Positions 9,079 through 18,876 of a stretch of DNA of 58,816 nucleotides are shown here, in pieces. A program made the position numbers and the translations under genes. The notes under the pieces were generated by a model. That model was not told the origin of the DNA. It was given only the letters and a program-made list of their open reading frames with translations, and did no database searches. Every line of letters starts with the position of its first letter. Position 1 is the first letter of the stretch. The stretch lies in the IMG/VR virus record IMGVR_UViG_3300030329_003231, one strand, 5' to 3'. The stretch is from an uncultured virus (IMG/VR IMGVR_UViG_3300030329_003231). Taxonomy: Duplodnaviria; Heunggongvirae; Uroviricota; Caudoviricetes.

Positions 9079-9121
9079 GGGACTTACACGGAGACGGGTG
9101 GTGGTGGTGTCTCCGATGCCC
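9079..9121 (-). other. GC-rich hairpin with (ACC)n loop upstream of rmlB
   Basis: CGGAGAC-ACCACCACCACCC-GTCTCCG perfect stem. Confidence 0.45.
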
Positions 9122-9126
9122 ATTAA

Positions 9127-9303
9127 TTAATCGTCTGGTTCTAATGAAATTATTTCTAATTCATTCTCATCTTCCAACTCAATCCATTCTTCAAACTCTT
9201 TATATATAGCATCTTTATTACCAATGGATTGTGCTGACTCTACTTTATCAATTGACCACTCACGAATATGAGCAACAATATCATCAGTCGAGTCCACCTT
9301 CAT
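9127..9303 (-). CDS. small acidic conserved hypothetical protein
   Basis: MKVDSTDDIVAHIREWSIDK...AIYKEFEEW; the track's longer ORF overlaps the next gene. Confidence 0.65.
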   Translation of the reverse strand: MKVDSTDDIVAHIREWSIDKVESAQSIGNKDAIYKEFEEWIELEDENELEIISLEPDD

Positions 9304-9751
9304 AATAGTCTTTTCTAAAGTACCGGGAGAGGATGTTACTATTGTAGTACTTTGGTGTTCCGTTGTCAAGGGATTCAGTGAGGACGTTGTTTGTAAAGAG
9401 CTGTCTCGTTTCTTCGTAGTTTGTTTTGCCAGCTGTGTGATGTAAGCTGAGGATAACTCGGCTAAAACACGATCTGCCCAATCGTTGAATCTCTTCTTTA
9501 AGTTCCGGACAAGACCCATAATACTTCTTCCAATCAGATTCAGATTTTACTTTTCTTTTTTTACCTCGCGGAGTTCTAAACTTCCAGAAATACTTACGCC
9601 CGATGTACTTCCTTCCTGTTTGAACATTAGTAATACAGTAGACGAAACCGAAGAAATTGTCAATATCAGCAGTAGTAAAAGTTGTACCCTTATATGTCCA
9701 GGGGTTCTCATAAGTTCCTTCACCCACTGTGGTCTTTGGGGTGGTTTCCAC
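9284..9751 (-). CDS. GIY-YIG-like T4-superfamily protein
   Basis: GFVYCITN...KYIGRK...WKKYYGS...YEE...YN motifs. Confidence 0.75.
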   Translation of the reverse strand: METTPKTTVGEGTYENPWTYKGTTFTTADIDNFFGFVYCITNVQTGRKYIGRKYFWKFRTPRGKKRKVKSESDWKKYYGSCPELKEEIQRLGRSCFSRVILSLHHTAGKTNYEETRQLFTNNVLTESLDNGTPKYYNSNILSRYFRKDYYEGGLD

Positions 9752-9775
9752 TTTCCAATCTTTATAGTCATATTC

Positions 9776-10273
9776 TTATTTAGTTTGAATCTTAAATGCT
9801 AAACTCAGTCTCATAGGACAAATCTGATAAGAAAATGAATACCCCTTATGCATAATCCTTCCAGGAAAAATCACTAATCTATTCTGTAAAGGATGAATAA
9901 CGGTTGGTGAATTTGGTGATGTCATAATTTCAGTAAACCCACCCCACCCATACTCATAGTGTTGTACATACAACAATGCAGTTAAATCACATCCATCCTG
10001 ATGAAATGATCCCTCTCTTCCATACCATTGTCCATTAAAATATACTCTTTCTAATTTATAATCACCATCTAACTCGTCCTTAACTTTATTAAACAAATAA
10101 GAATTAAAAAACTCATCATGAGACACCTCTCTGATTAGAAATGGTAGATGATTACTCTTTCTAATATCAGTTTGTTGTATCTTCCATTCCTGACAACTAG
10201 TCTCACCTATAACCTTCTTAAGATCTATTGGATCTAAAAAATTATCAATAATTTTTATTGGGAAGTCATGCAT
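9776..10273 (-). CDS. 2OG-Fe(II) oxygenase (prolyl hydroxylase-like)
   Basis: HQD...GG.T...NRLVIFPG..MH...RLSLAF. Confidence 0.85.
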   Translation of the reverse strand: MHDFPIKIIDNFLDPIDLKKVIGETSCQEWKIQQTDIRKSNHLPFLIREVSHDEFFNSYLFNKVKDELDGDYKLERVYFNGQWYGREGSFHQDGCDLTALLYVQHYEYGWGGFTEIMTSPNSPTVIHPLQNRLVIFPGRIMHKGYSFSYQICPMRLSLAFKIQTK

Positions 10274-10982
10274 GGGTTTTCTTTTTTAACATCTCCCACA
10301 CGTCTTTATAACCATCTACCTGAAATGCATATCCCATATGGTTTTCGGCAATAGCAATGGCTAATGGATAATCATTTCCATTTTCATCCATTCTATCACC
10401 AAAGAAACGTATATTATCCCCTTCCTTAAAATCTCTTAATATCTGACTCTTATCAGCCCCTTTAAGAGATATATCCACACCTGTCTCACCACCTACAAAA
10501 GCATATAAATCGGGGAATCTGTCATTAAATCTTCCAGCAATATCTACTCTTTCCTCCCTTTCTTTATCCCATTTCTTATATACATCTCTTTCTTCAAAGG
10601 TAGCACCCCTTCCCAAAATACTAAAATTCACACATCCTGGTCTCTTTTCTATATGAGTACCCGTCTTAATGGGAAATACACTATAATCTAATTCATCTTG
10701 TAAGAATCTCCGTGCCTCATCAGGAAGTTCCCATGGCGTTCTATAAACATTCTTCTCCCCTTCATAAACATCATTACCAGCACAATTATATACCCTCTGA
10801 GAGGCATTAAACAGACCCTCACCTATCTGTTCTATGGTCTTCTCCCTATTACTTCCTGTAACCAGATAAACATCATTCTTATGAGCAAAATCAAGAAAGT
10901 ACTCATGAAAATCAGGATCAATTTTTCTCCTACTAGGAGTTAATGTCCCATCAATATCAAAAATAAATTTTAAATTTTCCAT
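10266..10982 (-). CDS. HAD-IIB phosphomannomutase/phosphoglucomutase (eukaryote-type PMM family)
   Basis: FDIDGTLTPSR, LVTGS, IEKRPGCVNFSILGR, GGETGVDIS, FFGD...GNDYP. Confidence 0.85.
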   Translation of the reverse strand: MENLKFIFDIDGTLTPSRRKIDPDFHEYFLDFAHKNDVYLVTGSNREKTIEQIGEGLFNASQRVYNCAGNDVYEGEKNVYRTPWELPDEARRFLQDELDYSVFPIKTGTHIEKRPGCVNFSILGRGATFEERDVYKKWDKEREERVDIAGRFNDRFPDLYAFVGGETGVDISLKGADKSQILRDFKEGDNIRFFGDRMDENGNDYPLAIAIAENHMGYAFQVDGYKDVWEMLKKKTHA

Positions 10983-13351
10983 ATATTTTTACAATATTCT
11001 CTTATAGAACGATCTGATGAGAAGAATCCTGATCTTGCGATGTTAATGCAGGACATCTTATTCCATATCTTCCGATCTCTCCATGCACTACTTACTCTAT
11101 CCTGTGCATCAAGATAATCAGAAAAATCGGCAAAGACACAGAAAGGATCATGATTCATAAGATTATCTACCAAAGGTTTAAAGTATTCTTTATCTCCTTG
11201 ACTAAAATGTCCACCCTTAATAAGGTTTATTACATCCCATAATTCAGAACTCATATGACTCTTTGGATCATATCCTTTCTGCCATAATTCTGCTATGCCT
11301 TTCTCATCATGTCCAAAGAGGAAAAAGTTTTCCTCTCCTACCAAATCCCGTATCTCTACATTAGCACCATCAAGAGTTCCAATAGTTAAAGCACCATTCA
11401 TCTGGAACTTCATATTACCTGTACCTGATGCTTCTTTACCAGCAGTAGAAATTTGTTCTGACAGATCAGCAGCAGGATATACTTTCTCTCCTAACTTCAC
11501 ACTATAATTTGGTAAGAAAATTACTCTTAACTTACCATCCATATCAGGATCATTATTAACCACCTCTGCTATATGGCAAATAAATTGTATTATCATCTTT
11601 GCCATATAATATCCAGGTGCTGCTTTACCTCCAAAAATAACAGTACGTGGAACGTAATCTCCACCATTCTTAATCCTAATATATTGATAAACAATCCATA
11701 AAGCCAAAAGATGTTGTCTCTTATATTCATGTATCCTTTTAACCTGCACATCAAACATACTAGAAGGATCTACTGATATACCCAAATTATCAAAGATATA
11801 GGTAGCCAGATGATGCTTCCCAAGTACTTTTGCTTCACCCAGTTTATCTACAAGAGAAGGATCAAATTTATTCTCTAACAAGTGAAGAGAATCCATATTA
11901 GTAATCCACTCTGTTCCAACATATTCATCAAGAACTTCTGCAAGAGCTGGATTGCAGGATGCTACCCACCTTCTGGGAGTAACGCCATTAGTTACATTCG
12001 TAAACTTATGTGGCCATAAATCATAGAATTCTGGCATCAATTGAGTCTTAACTAATTCAGAATGTAATGCTGCAACTCCATTAACATGATGAGAACCCAC
12101 AGTAGCAAGGTGGGCCATACGCACCGACTTATTACCATGTTCATCAATGATAGACATCTTCTCTAACATAGAATCATCACCGGGATATTGAAGTCTTACT
12201 ACCTGTAAGAACCGACGATTAATCTCATAGATAATCTCCATGTGTCGAGGGAGAAGAGTCTTAAACAATTTAAGATCCCATTTCTCTAATGCTTCTGGTA
12301 AAAGCGTATGATTAGTATAAGCAATAGATTGATGTGTTATTTCCCATGCCTGATCCCATTCTATATGCCGTTCATCAACCAGAAGTCTCATCAACTCTGC
12401 TACTGCGATAGAAGGATGAGTATCATTTAATTGTACTTGCCAATGTTCAGAGAATTGCTCTATGGGAACCTCCATTCTATCCAAACTATTAAGCATATCC
12501 TGTAAAGAAGCACTTACAAAGAAGTGTTGCTGCTTTAATCTTAGTATCTTACCTTGGTCTGTACCATCATTAGGATACAATACCTTAGAGATAGTCTCGG
12601 AAGATACACTCTGCTCTACTGATCCCAAGTAATCACCAATATTAAAGGCATAAAAATCAAATGTTTCCGTAGCATCTGCTCTCCATAATCTTAATCTATT
12701 ACAAGAATTAACTCTATATCCCAACTGTAATACATCATAGGGAACCGCCACTACTTGTTCATCAGGAACCCATCTTACTCTATAATTACCTCTATCTGAC
12801 ACATAATTTTCTACTCTCCCACCAAATCCTACAAAGACAGACTCATCTGGTTGACACAGTTCCCATGGCCATTCTCCATGTAACCAATTATCAGTGATTT
12901 CTATTTGTTGATTATCTTTGATTAACTGCTTAAAAATTCCATACTTATATCTTATACCATAACCAGTAGCAGGTACTTTAAGACTGGCTAGGGACTCCAT
13001 ATAACACGCTGCAAGGCGACCTAATCCACCATTACCTAGTCCAGGTTCTTCTGCTACATCTAATATTTGCTCTAATGAATAATCATATTCAGACAATGCT
13101 TTAACTGCCTCATCCCTTATACCCAAACCAATAAGATTATTATTAAGTTGTGGACCAATTAAAAATTCGGCGGAAAGGTAGGCTACTTCTCTCTTCGGAT
13201 GGCGAGGAAGATCCAACCAATAAGTCATCATCTGATCTCTTACAGCATAACTCAGTGCCATATAAAAATCATGAGGTGTCGCAATTTCAGGACGTTTTCC
13301 TAATGTATAAAAAAGACGCTCCTTAATACCATTATAAAGATTATTTTTCAT
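10970..13351 (-). CDS. glgP: glycogen/alpha-glucan phosphorylase (GT35)
   Basis: GLGNGGLGRLAAC, LNDTHP, YTNHTLLPEALE, NGVTPRRW, KRIHEYKRQ, PLP site EASGTGNMKF, GFFSSDRSI; 793 aa, intact. Confidence 0.97.
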   Translation of the reverse strand: MKNNLYNGIKERLFYTLGKRPEIATPHDFYMALSYAVRDQMMTYWLDLPRHPKREVAYLSAEFLIGPQLNNNLIGLGIRDEAVKALSEYDYSLEQILDVAEEPGLGNGGLGRLAACYMESLASLKVPATGYGIRYKYGIFKQLIKDNQQIEITDNWLHGEWPWELCQPDESVFVGFGGRVENYVSDRGNYRVRWVPDEQVVAVPYDVLQLGYRVNSCNRLRLWRADATETFDFYAFNIGDYLGSVEQSVSSETISKVLYPNDGTDQGKILRLKQQHFFVSASLQDMLNSLDRMEVPIEQFSEHWQVQLNDTHPSIAVAELMRLLVDERHIEWDQAWEITHQSIAYTNHTLLPEALEKWDLKLFKTLLPRHMEIIYEINRRFLQVVRLQYPGDDSMLEKMSIIDEHGNKSVRMAHLATVGSHHVNGVAALHSELVKTQLMPEFYDLWPHKFTNVTNGVTPRRWVASCNPALAEVLDEYVGTEWITNMDSLHLLENKFDPSLVDKLGEAKVLGKHHLATYIFDNLGISVDPSSMFDVQVKRIHEYKRQHLLALWIVYQYIRIKNGGDYVPRTVIFGGKAAPGYYMAKMIIQFICHIAEVVNNDPDMDGKLRVIFLPNYSVKLGEKVYPAADLSEQISTAGKEASGTGNMKFQMNGALTIGTLDGANVEIRDLVGEENFFLFGHDEKGIAELWQKGYDPKSHMSSELWDVINLIKGGHFSQGDKEYFKPLVDNLMNHDPFCVFADFSDYLDAQDRVSSAWRDRKIWNKMSCINIARSGFFSSDRSIREYCKNIWKI

Positions 13352-13470
13352 TATCCCCCTATAAGTTTGTCATAATCATCGGCAGCATCTAAAATTGCTC
13401 TTTTCATATCTTCGATATCCCATTCTATTTCCTCAGAGTTTGAATCCTGAGAAGGTGTCTTTTTTGACAT
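13351..13470 (-). CDS. 39-aa acidic hypothetical protein
   Basis: MSKKTPSQDSNSEEIEWDIEDMKRAILDAADDYDKLIGG; overlaps the nrdB end and is TAATG-coupled to glgP. Confidence 0.45.
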   Translation of the reverse strand: MSKKTPSQDSNSEEIEWDIEDMKRAILDAADDYDKLIGG

Positions 13471-14593
13471 CTTGTTTGATTCCTCCGACGACATAGCTTT
13501 CTACCTCCGTTTCTTGTGGTGCTACTTGAAGTCCTTTTGACGAAATCCAATGTTCAGTCCAAGGTAATGGATTATTTTTCAATGGAATATCATACTGAGG
13601 TTTCAAACCGATAGACCTAAGGCGACGATTTGCAATCCACTCAACATACTGATGAAGAAGTCTATCATTTAATCCTATCATACTTTCATCTTTAAACAAA
13701 TAATCCGCCCATTTCTTCTCTTCATTTACACATAAATCAAACATCTTATATGTCCACTCTTCTTCTTCCTTACAAATCTCTACCATATCAGGATCATCAC
13801 CCTTCTTCCAGTTATTTAATATATTTTGCGTGAGGGCGAGATGTTGATTTTCATCTCTGGCGATAAGGGATATAATTTTTGCTGACCCTTCCATAAGCTT
13901 GTTTTCACCAAATGCAAAGGAGCAAGCGAAAGAGACATAAAAGCGAATACCTTCAAGAATGTTAACATTTGCAACTGCCCTGTATAAGTGTTTTTTTAAA
14001 TCTTTAAGTGTCCATGCTGCGGAAGGGGATCCCTGTGAACTTGCTTTCCATTGACTACTCGTACCCCACTCTTGTGCATAGTTAATAAAATCATCATAAG
14101 ATTTGGTAACACTTGCAGCACGTTCCAGAATTTTTTCATCAGTAAGAATAGTATCAAATACTTCAGAAGGATCTGAGTATACATTCTTAACAATATAAGT
14201 ATAAGATCTACTATGAATCATCTCCATAAAAGACCAACACTCCATACATGCTTCTAACTCAGGTAAAGAACAATAAGGAATGAATGCCATACCAGGTGCT
14301 CTACCTTGAACAGAGTCAAGCATAGTCTGATACTTCAAATTAGAAGTAAAGATATGCTTCTGTGCGGGACGTAATGATTGAAAATCTCCACGATCTTTCT
14401 GTAAAGATACCTCCTCTGGTCTCCAAAAATAACCCAGTTGTTGTTTAGTTAAATTTTCAAATTGAGGATACTTATAAGAATCATAGCGTTGAATACCTAA
14501 AGGCTTACCAAAAAACATAGGTTGTTTCTTAGTATCAACCTCATCGGTATTAAATACCGTCATTCCTTTTATTTTAGATTGCACAGGACTCAC
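13433..14593 (-). CDS. nrdB: ribonucleotide reductase class Ia, beta subunit
   Basis: FWRPEE, LDSVQGR, EMIHSRSY, EGIRFY, RDENQH, QVAPQETE; start uncertain (14593 or 14563). Confidence 0.97.
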   Translation of the reverse strand: MSPVQSKIKGMTVFNTDEVDTKKQPMFFGKPLGIQRYDSYKYPQFENLTKQQLGYFWRPEEVSLQKDRGDFQSLRPAQKHIFTSNLKYQTMLDSVQGRAPGMAFIPYCSLPELEACMECWSFMEMIHSRSYTYIVKNVYSDPSEVFDTILTDEKILERAASVTKSYDDFINYAQEWGTSSQWKASSQGSPSAAWTLKDLKKHLYRAVANVNILEGIRFYVSFACSFAFGENKLMEGSAKIISLIARDENQHLALTQNILNNWKKGDDPDMVEICKEEEEWTYKMFDLCVNEEKKWADYLFKDESMIGLNDRLLHQYVEWIANRRLRSIGLKPQYDIPLKNNPLPWTEHWISSKGLQVAPQETEVESYVVGGIKQDVKKDTFSGFKL

Positions 14594-16919
14594 ATTCACT
14601 TTCCTCAACATTACTTAATTCATCTAATAATTGATTTAATTTAGTTTTACCTTGTATACCGACCTCCCCTGCTTCATCATGCCAACCAATAGGATGTGCA
14701 GGTTCATCTTCATCATGTTTATTATCATATGTATTTTGATAATAAGATGTCTTCCATCCATACTTATAAGTTGTAAGAAGATCTTGTGCCATAACACTGG
14801 TAGGAACCTCAGATCCTTCATAATTTTCTGGATTATAAGACCAATTTCCAGAAATTGCTTGATCAAAGAATTTCTGCATTACTGCTACAACATTAATATA
14901 CCCTCTATTGCTAGGCATGTCCCATAATAAAGTATAGTTATTCTTTAAAGAACCATAGGAGGGAACAATTTGCTTAAGAGGTCCTTTCTTTGATTTCTTA
15001 ACGGACAAGTATCCACGAGGAGGTTCGATTCCATTGGTAGCGTTTGACACAACGGAACTGCTCTCCGAAGGCATTTGTGCGGACAATGTTGAGTGCCGTA
15101 AACCGTGCTCCAAGATAGATGCTCTAAGAGATTCCCAATCATGTTGAAGTTCCTGCTTACTAATGTCATCGACATCACTCTTATATGTATCAATTGGCAG
15201 AATACCATCAGCATATTTGGTTCTTCCAAAGTCTTCACACCATCCTTTCTCCTTCGCAATCTCATTAGATGCCTTCAAAAGATAATACTGGAATGATTCT
15301 GAAAGACCATGAACAGCATCCCATGCCTCCTGTGAATCATAATTAAATCCAAGTTTAGCAAGATAATGTGCAAGACCAATAAACCCTACTCCAAGGGATC
15401 TACGTGCCTTTGTAGCACGTTCTGCTGCTAGGACAGGATAATGTTGATAATCAATTAATTCTTCCAATGCACGAACCGATAAATCACATAGTTCTTCTAA
15501 TTCTTTATCTGATCTTACCATACCCACATTAATAGCAGATAAGATACATAAAGCTATTTCCCCTGTACGATCATCAATATGTTGAAGAGGATAAGTGGGA
15601 AGAGTAATTTCCTGACAAAGATTACTCATCTCAACCTTATCTTTGAAAGATGAATGCTCGTTACAATGATCTATATTCATGATATAGATACGACCAGTCT
15701 CTGCTCTTTCCTTTAATAAATCAAGAATTAATTCTTGTGCTCCAATTGTTGACTTGGGGACTGATTCATCTGATTCGTAACGAATATATAAGTCATCAAA
15801 CTGATCGGTCCCAAAACTCTCATACAAACCAGGAACATCATGAGGGGAAAAAAGCGTGATTTCCTTATCCTGGATAAAACGCTCATAGAATAACTTACTT
15901 AACTGGATGGAGTAGTCGAGTTTTCTGACTCTGTTGTCTTCGGTTCCTTTGTTGTTTTTGAGGACGAGGATGTCTCTGATCTCTTGGTGCCAGATAGGAA
16001 AATGGACAGTTGCCGATCCACCTCTGATACCGTTTTGAGTACAGCATCTGACAGTGCTCTCAAATTTTTTGAGGAAGGGGACCACGCCTGTGTGCTGTAC
16101 TTCTCCTCCCCTGATTTTGCTGTTGATTCCTCTGATTCTCCCCGCGTTAATACCGATACCAGCCCTCTGTGCGACGTATTTGCCAATAGCCATATCAGAG
16201 CTAAAGATACTATCGAGGGTGTCATCAATATCAACCAAAACGCAAGATGCAAATTGACGAATAGGGGTCCGTACTCCTGCCATGATCGGCGTTGGGATGT
16301 TGATTCTGTGTCTACTTGTTGCGTCGTAGTATCGTCTGACATAATTAAGCCTCTTTTCTTTGGGATATTCTGCGAAGATCGTCAATGCGATCATCATGTA
16401 CATAAACTGTGGAGTTTCGTATACACCGCCTCCACTACGGTCTTGTACCAAATATTTATCGACTACTTGGCGAAGTCCTGCATAAGTAAACAAAAAGTCA
16501 CGATCATGATCGATCCAACTATTTACTTTATCAATTTCCTCTTTCGAGTACTTACTAAATATGTCTTTATCATAAACCTCACCACTTGTACAAGTCAGGA
16601 TGTGGGTTTCCAAATGAGGAAGATCTCTCATCTTTCCATACAAGCTTTTTCTTAAAGCAAAAAGTAATAATCTAGCTGCCACAAATTGATAATTAGGATG
16701 CTCTAAATCAATAAGATCACTAGCACTACGAATAAGAATCTCTTGAATCTGTTCCGTAGTAATACCATCATAAAACTGAATACCAGACTTCATCTCTACT
16801 TGACTAGCAGAGACCCCTGCAAGGTCCTTGGTTGCCTCTTCAACCATTCTATGCATCTTTTCTAGGTCGAGAGGTTCAATACTCCCATTTCTCTTGTGGA
16901 CTTTGATGCCGTTGCTCAT
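14574..16919 (-). CDS. nrdA: ribonucleotide reductase class Ia, alpha subunit
   Basis: ATP cone, TPIMAG, QFASCVL, SNLCQEI, C-terminal CESC. Confidence 0.98.
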   Translation of the reverse strand: MSNGIKVHKRNGSIEPLDLEKMHRMVEEATKDLAGVSASQVEMKSGIQFYDGITTEQIQEILIRSASDLIDLEHPNYQFVAARLLLFALRKSLYGKMRDLPHLETHILTCTSGEVYDKDIFSKYSKEEIDKVNSWIDHDRDFLFTYAGLRQVVDKYLVQDRSGGGVYETPQFMYMMIALTIFAEYPKEKRLNYVRRYYDATSRHRINIPTPIMAGVRTPIRQFASCVLVDIDDTLDSIFSSDMAIGKYVAQRAGIGINAGRIRGINSKIRGGEVQHTGVVPFLKKFESTVRCCTQNGIRGGSATVHFPIWHQEIRDILVLKNNKGTEDNRVRKLDYSIQLSKLFYERFIQDKEITLFSPHDVPGLYESFGTDQFDDLYIRYESDESVPKSTIGAQELILDLLKERAETGRIYIMNIDHCNEHSSFKDKVEMSNLCQEITLPTYPLQHIDDRTGEIALCILSAINVGMVRSDKELEELCDLSVRALEELIDYQHYPVLAAERATKARRSLGVGFIGLAHYLAKLGFNYDSQEAWDAVHGLSESFQYYLLKASNEIAKEKGWCEDFGRTKYADGILPIDTYKSDVDDISKQELQHDWESLRASILEHGLRHSTLSAQMPSESSSVVSNATNGIEPPRGYLSVKKSKKGPLKQIVPSYGSLKNNYTLLWDMPSNRGYINVVAVMQKFFDQAISGNWSYNPENYEGSEVPTSVMAQDLLTTYKYGWKTSYYQNTYDNKHDEDEPAHPIGWHDEAGEVGIQGKTKLNQLLDELSNVEESECESCAI

Positions 16920-17887
16920 ATTCGTTTCCAGGTATTAAATTTAAGTTTTGCTTCTAGTCCATTATATATGTTTGATTCTACCACAGACTGAACATCATGA
17001 CCAGCTAGTACCATATCATTTATGTCCTTTTCATGGATATTTGATGGCCATATAACAACTGACTCACCTCTGTCGATGGTATTTGAGATTCTTGTTGTAA
17101 TCTCCTTACTCCTCGGCTCGTTATCATAAACCCAAGTAGGACTGCTAATACCCCACTTCCCAACATCACCGTCTGCACCGCAGAGTGCAATGCTATTGCG
17201 AATGAACGTGCTGTCGAATGGTCCTTCTGTAATATAGACTGGAGCTCCTCTTCTGATTTGATCCAATCCGTAGATCTTTGGTGCGTCATCATTAATCATC
17301 ACTGTAATATATTTAACCTTGCTAGGACCAAGGGATCTTCCCTGAAATCCAACAAAGGTATTCTTATAGAACAAAGGAATAATAATCCTCGGTTCATCAT
17401 ATTTTACACTATCAAACGTCTGTTTTTGAGAGTTTGACCATGCTTTAAATTTATCCGTATAATAAAATTTATCTGGGTTTAATTTCCTGTTTTCTAGATA
17501 CTTCTTAGCAGCAGAATTCTCTGATGCCTTAGGTAAATCTAATTTAGGTTTAAACTTAGGTGGTTCAAAAGTAAACTTTGGTTCTTCAACAACAAAATTT
17601 CTTCCACCAGAATGTCCTTCCTTAAATTTCTCCATAGTATATTGTTTTTGGAGAACAGGATCTATCTGTTTAAGAAAATTATTAAAAGACATCGAGGCAC
17701 CACAATTATGGCACCTAAAATTTACATTAGAATTAATTGCATAAAAATATCCCCTAGTCTTACTCTTACTCTTTTTTGAATCACCGCAAATAGGACAACG
17801 AAAATTGTATAAATCTGCTTTGACTCTTTTAAATTTAAGTAAACGAGAGGAAACTAACCCAACATATTTGGAATCCACCAAATCCAT
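16916..17887 (-). CDS. gp61: DNA primase (T4 gp61-like)
   Basis: CPICGDS...CHNCG zinc finger, EGPFDS, YDNEPR, KDIND. Confidence 0.95.
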   Translation of the reverse strand: MDLVDSKYVGLVSSRLLKFKRVKADLYNFRCPICGDSKKSKSKTRGYFYAINSNVNFRCHNCGASMSFNNFLKQIDPVLQKQYTMEKFKEGHSGGRNFVVEEPKFTFEPPKFKPKLDLPKASENSAAKKYLENRKLNPDKFYYTDKFKAWSNSQKQTFDSVKYDEPRIIIPLFYKNTFVGFQGRSLGPSKVKYITVMINDDAPKIYGLDQIRRGAPVYITEGPFDSTFIRNSIALCGADGDVGKWGISSPTWVYDNEPRSKEITTRISNTIDRGESVVIWPSNIHEKDINDMVLAGHDVQSVVESNIYNGLEAKLKFNTWKRI

Positions 17888-17896
17888 TACAAAATT

Positions 17897-18274
17897 TTAT
17901 TTTGTTCTTTCTATTATAGTCGGGGATGAGGATTGCGTCAACAAAGAACCTACCACCCTCTGTCCAATTGGACTTACAACAAAACTTATAATAGCAATTG
18001 CACCAGCAATTGTCCACATTTTTTTCTCCATTACACGGAGTCTATCATCTACCTTGCGAATATCTCTCTCACATCCTGCTTTAATCTCCGCACTCTGACG
18101 GTTGATCTCTCGATGAACCGATTCCACTTTCTCAAATAATACTGCATCTATCCTGTCCTGTTTGTCTAATTTTTCATCATGGACAGCAAGCATCTGTCCC
18201 ATCTTAATAGAGTTCTCACTCAGGGTATCAATTACTTTTTCAAGTCTTTCTATTACAGCGTCGTTAACTCTCAC
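17897..18274 (-). CDS. coiled-coil protein with C-terminal TM, conserved next to primase
   Basis: LAVHDEKL coiled coil plus WTIAGAIAIISFVV. Confidence 0.75.
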   Translation of the reverse strand: MRVNDAVIERLEKVIDTLSENSIKMGQMLAVHDEKLDKQDRIDAVLFEKVESVHREINRQSAEIKAGCERDIRKVDDRLRVMEKKMWTIAGAIAIISFVVSPIGQRVVGSLLTQSSSPTIIERTK

Positions 18275-18485
18275 TTCTCGTCTTCCAATTCTTTCTTATA
18301 CCCTTAGTCCAAATATATCGTGGTCTCTTTCTCTTTTCTACCTTACCTATTACTGGATCGAATCCGGCGGTTGGTCCTTTTGCATTTGCTTTATTACTAA
18401 AACCAGGTTTACCGGGTACACTACCCGTTGTCATCATCTGTTCCCTTATCAGGCTTACTATCCAATCCAGTTTCTTCTTTTCCAT
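18264..18485 (-). CDS. small basic hypothetical protein
   Basis: 73 aa; LIRE followed by Gly/Pro-rich and basic segments. Confidence 0.65.
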   Translation of the reverse strand: MEKKKLDWIVSLIREQMMTTGSVPGKPGFSNKANAKGPTAGFDPVIGKVEKRKRPRYIWTKGIRKNWKTRSES

Positions 18486-18858
18486 TGTAAATCTTATAGA
18501 GTTCTGAAAGGCAATAAAGATCTACTTGTACATCATGTATATCCGATTTAGGATACTCAGGCAATTTACCTAAGAATATAACAAAGGTTTTCATTGCTGG
18601 CCATAAATCAGGTTCTATTTTATAGAACAGCATTGGAGTACAAGCATCACCAAAAATATTATAAAGAATAATGAAATGATTTAAAAGAAGATGAGTCTTT
18701 AATTGACCCGTATTCTTATACCGTTTCAATAACCTTTTAATATATTTAAAATGATTAAGATCTTTGTCAAAATCTTCTTTGGTTACTGCTTGCGGATTTT
18801 CATAATTTTTAATAGCAAAGAGGGGAAAATTCCCCTCATTCAATTCATGAAAAAGCAT
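18421..18858 (-). CDS. conserved T4-like hypothetical protein
   Basis: AIKNYENPQ...FKYIKRLL...LLLNHFIILYNIFG. Confidence 0.8.
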   Translation of the reverse strand: MLFHELNEGNFPLFAIKNYENPQAVTKEDFDKDLNHFKYIKRLLKRYKNTGQLKTHLLLNHFIILYNIFGDACTPMLFYKIEPDLWPAMKTFVIFLGKLPEYPKSDIHDVQVDLYCLSELYKIYNGKEETGLDSKPDKGTDDDNG

Positions 18859-18876
18859 ATCATATTAAGCGACGAA

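Noticed and set aside
9079..9121. wcaG RNA motif or tRNA fragment
   Set aside because: No cloverleaf, and it does not resemble the wcaG consensus as I recall it; kept only as an unnamed hairpin.
9304..9519. N-terminal part of the 130-aa ORF 9127..9519
   Set aside because: Overlaps the GIY-YIG-like gene out of frame; only the last 58 codons look like a real gene.
9284..9751. Mobile homing endonuclease call
   Set aside because: Only a catalytic-like domain, no DNA-binding tail and no intron; looks like a conserved T4-like gene.
10970..13351. glgP as host-chromosome contamination
   Set aside because: It overlaps phage-type neighbours at both ends and matches the surrounding strand and composition; read-level confirmation is still advisable.
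15899..16655. Long alternative ORFs (223 aa on +, 147 aa on -) inside nrdA
   Set aside because: Shadow frames of a conserved gene with no motifs; the same applies to the other + strand ORFs in the track.
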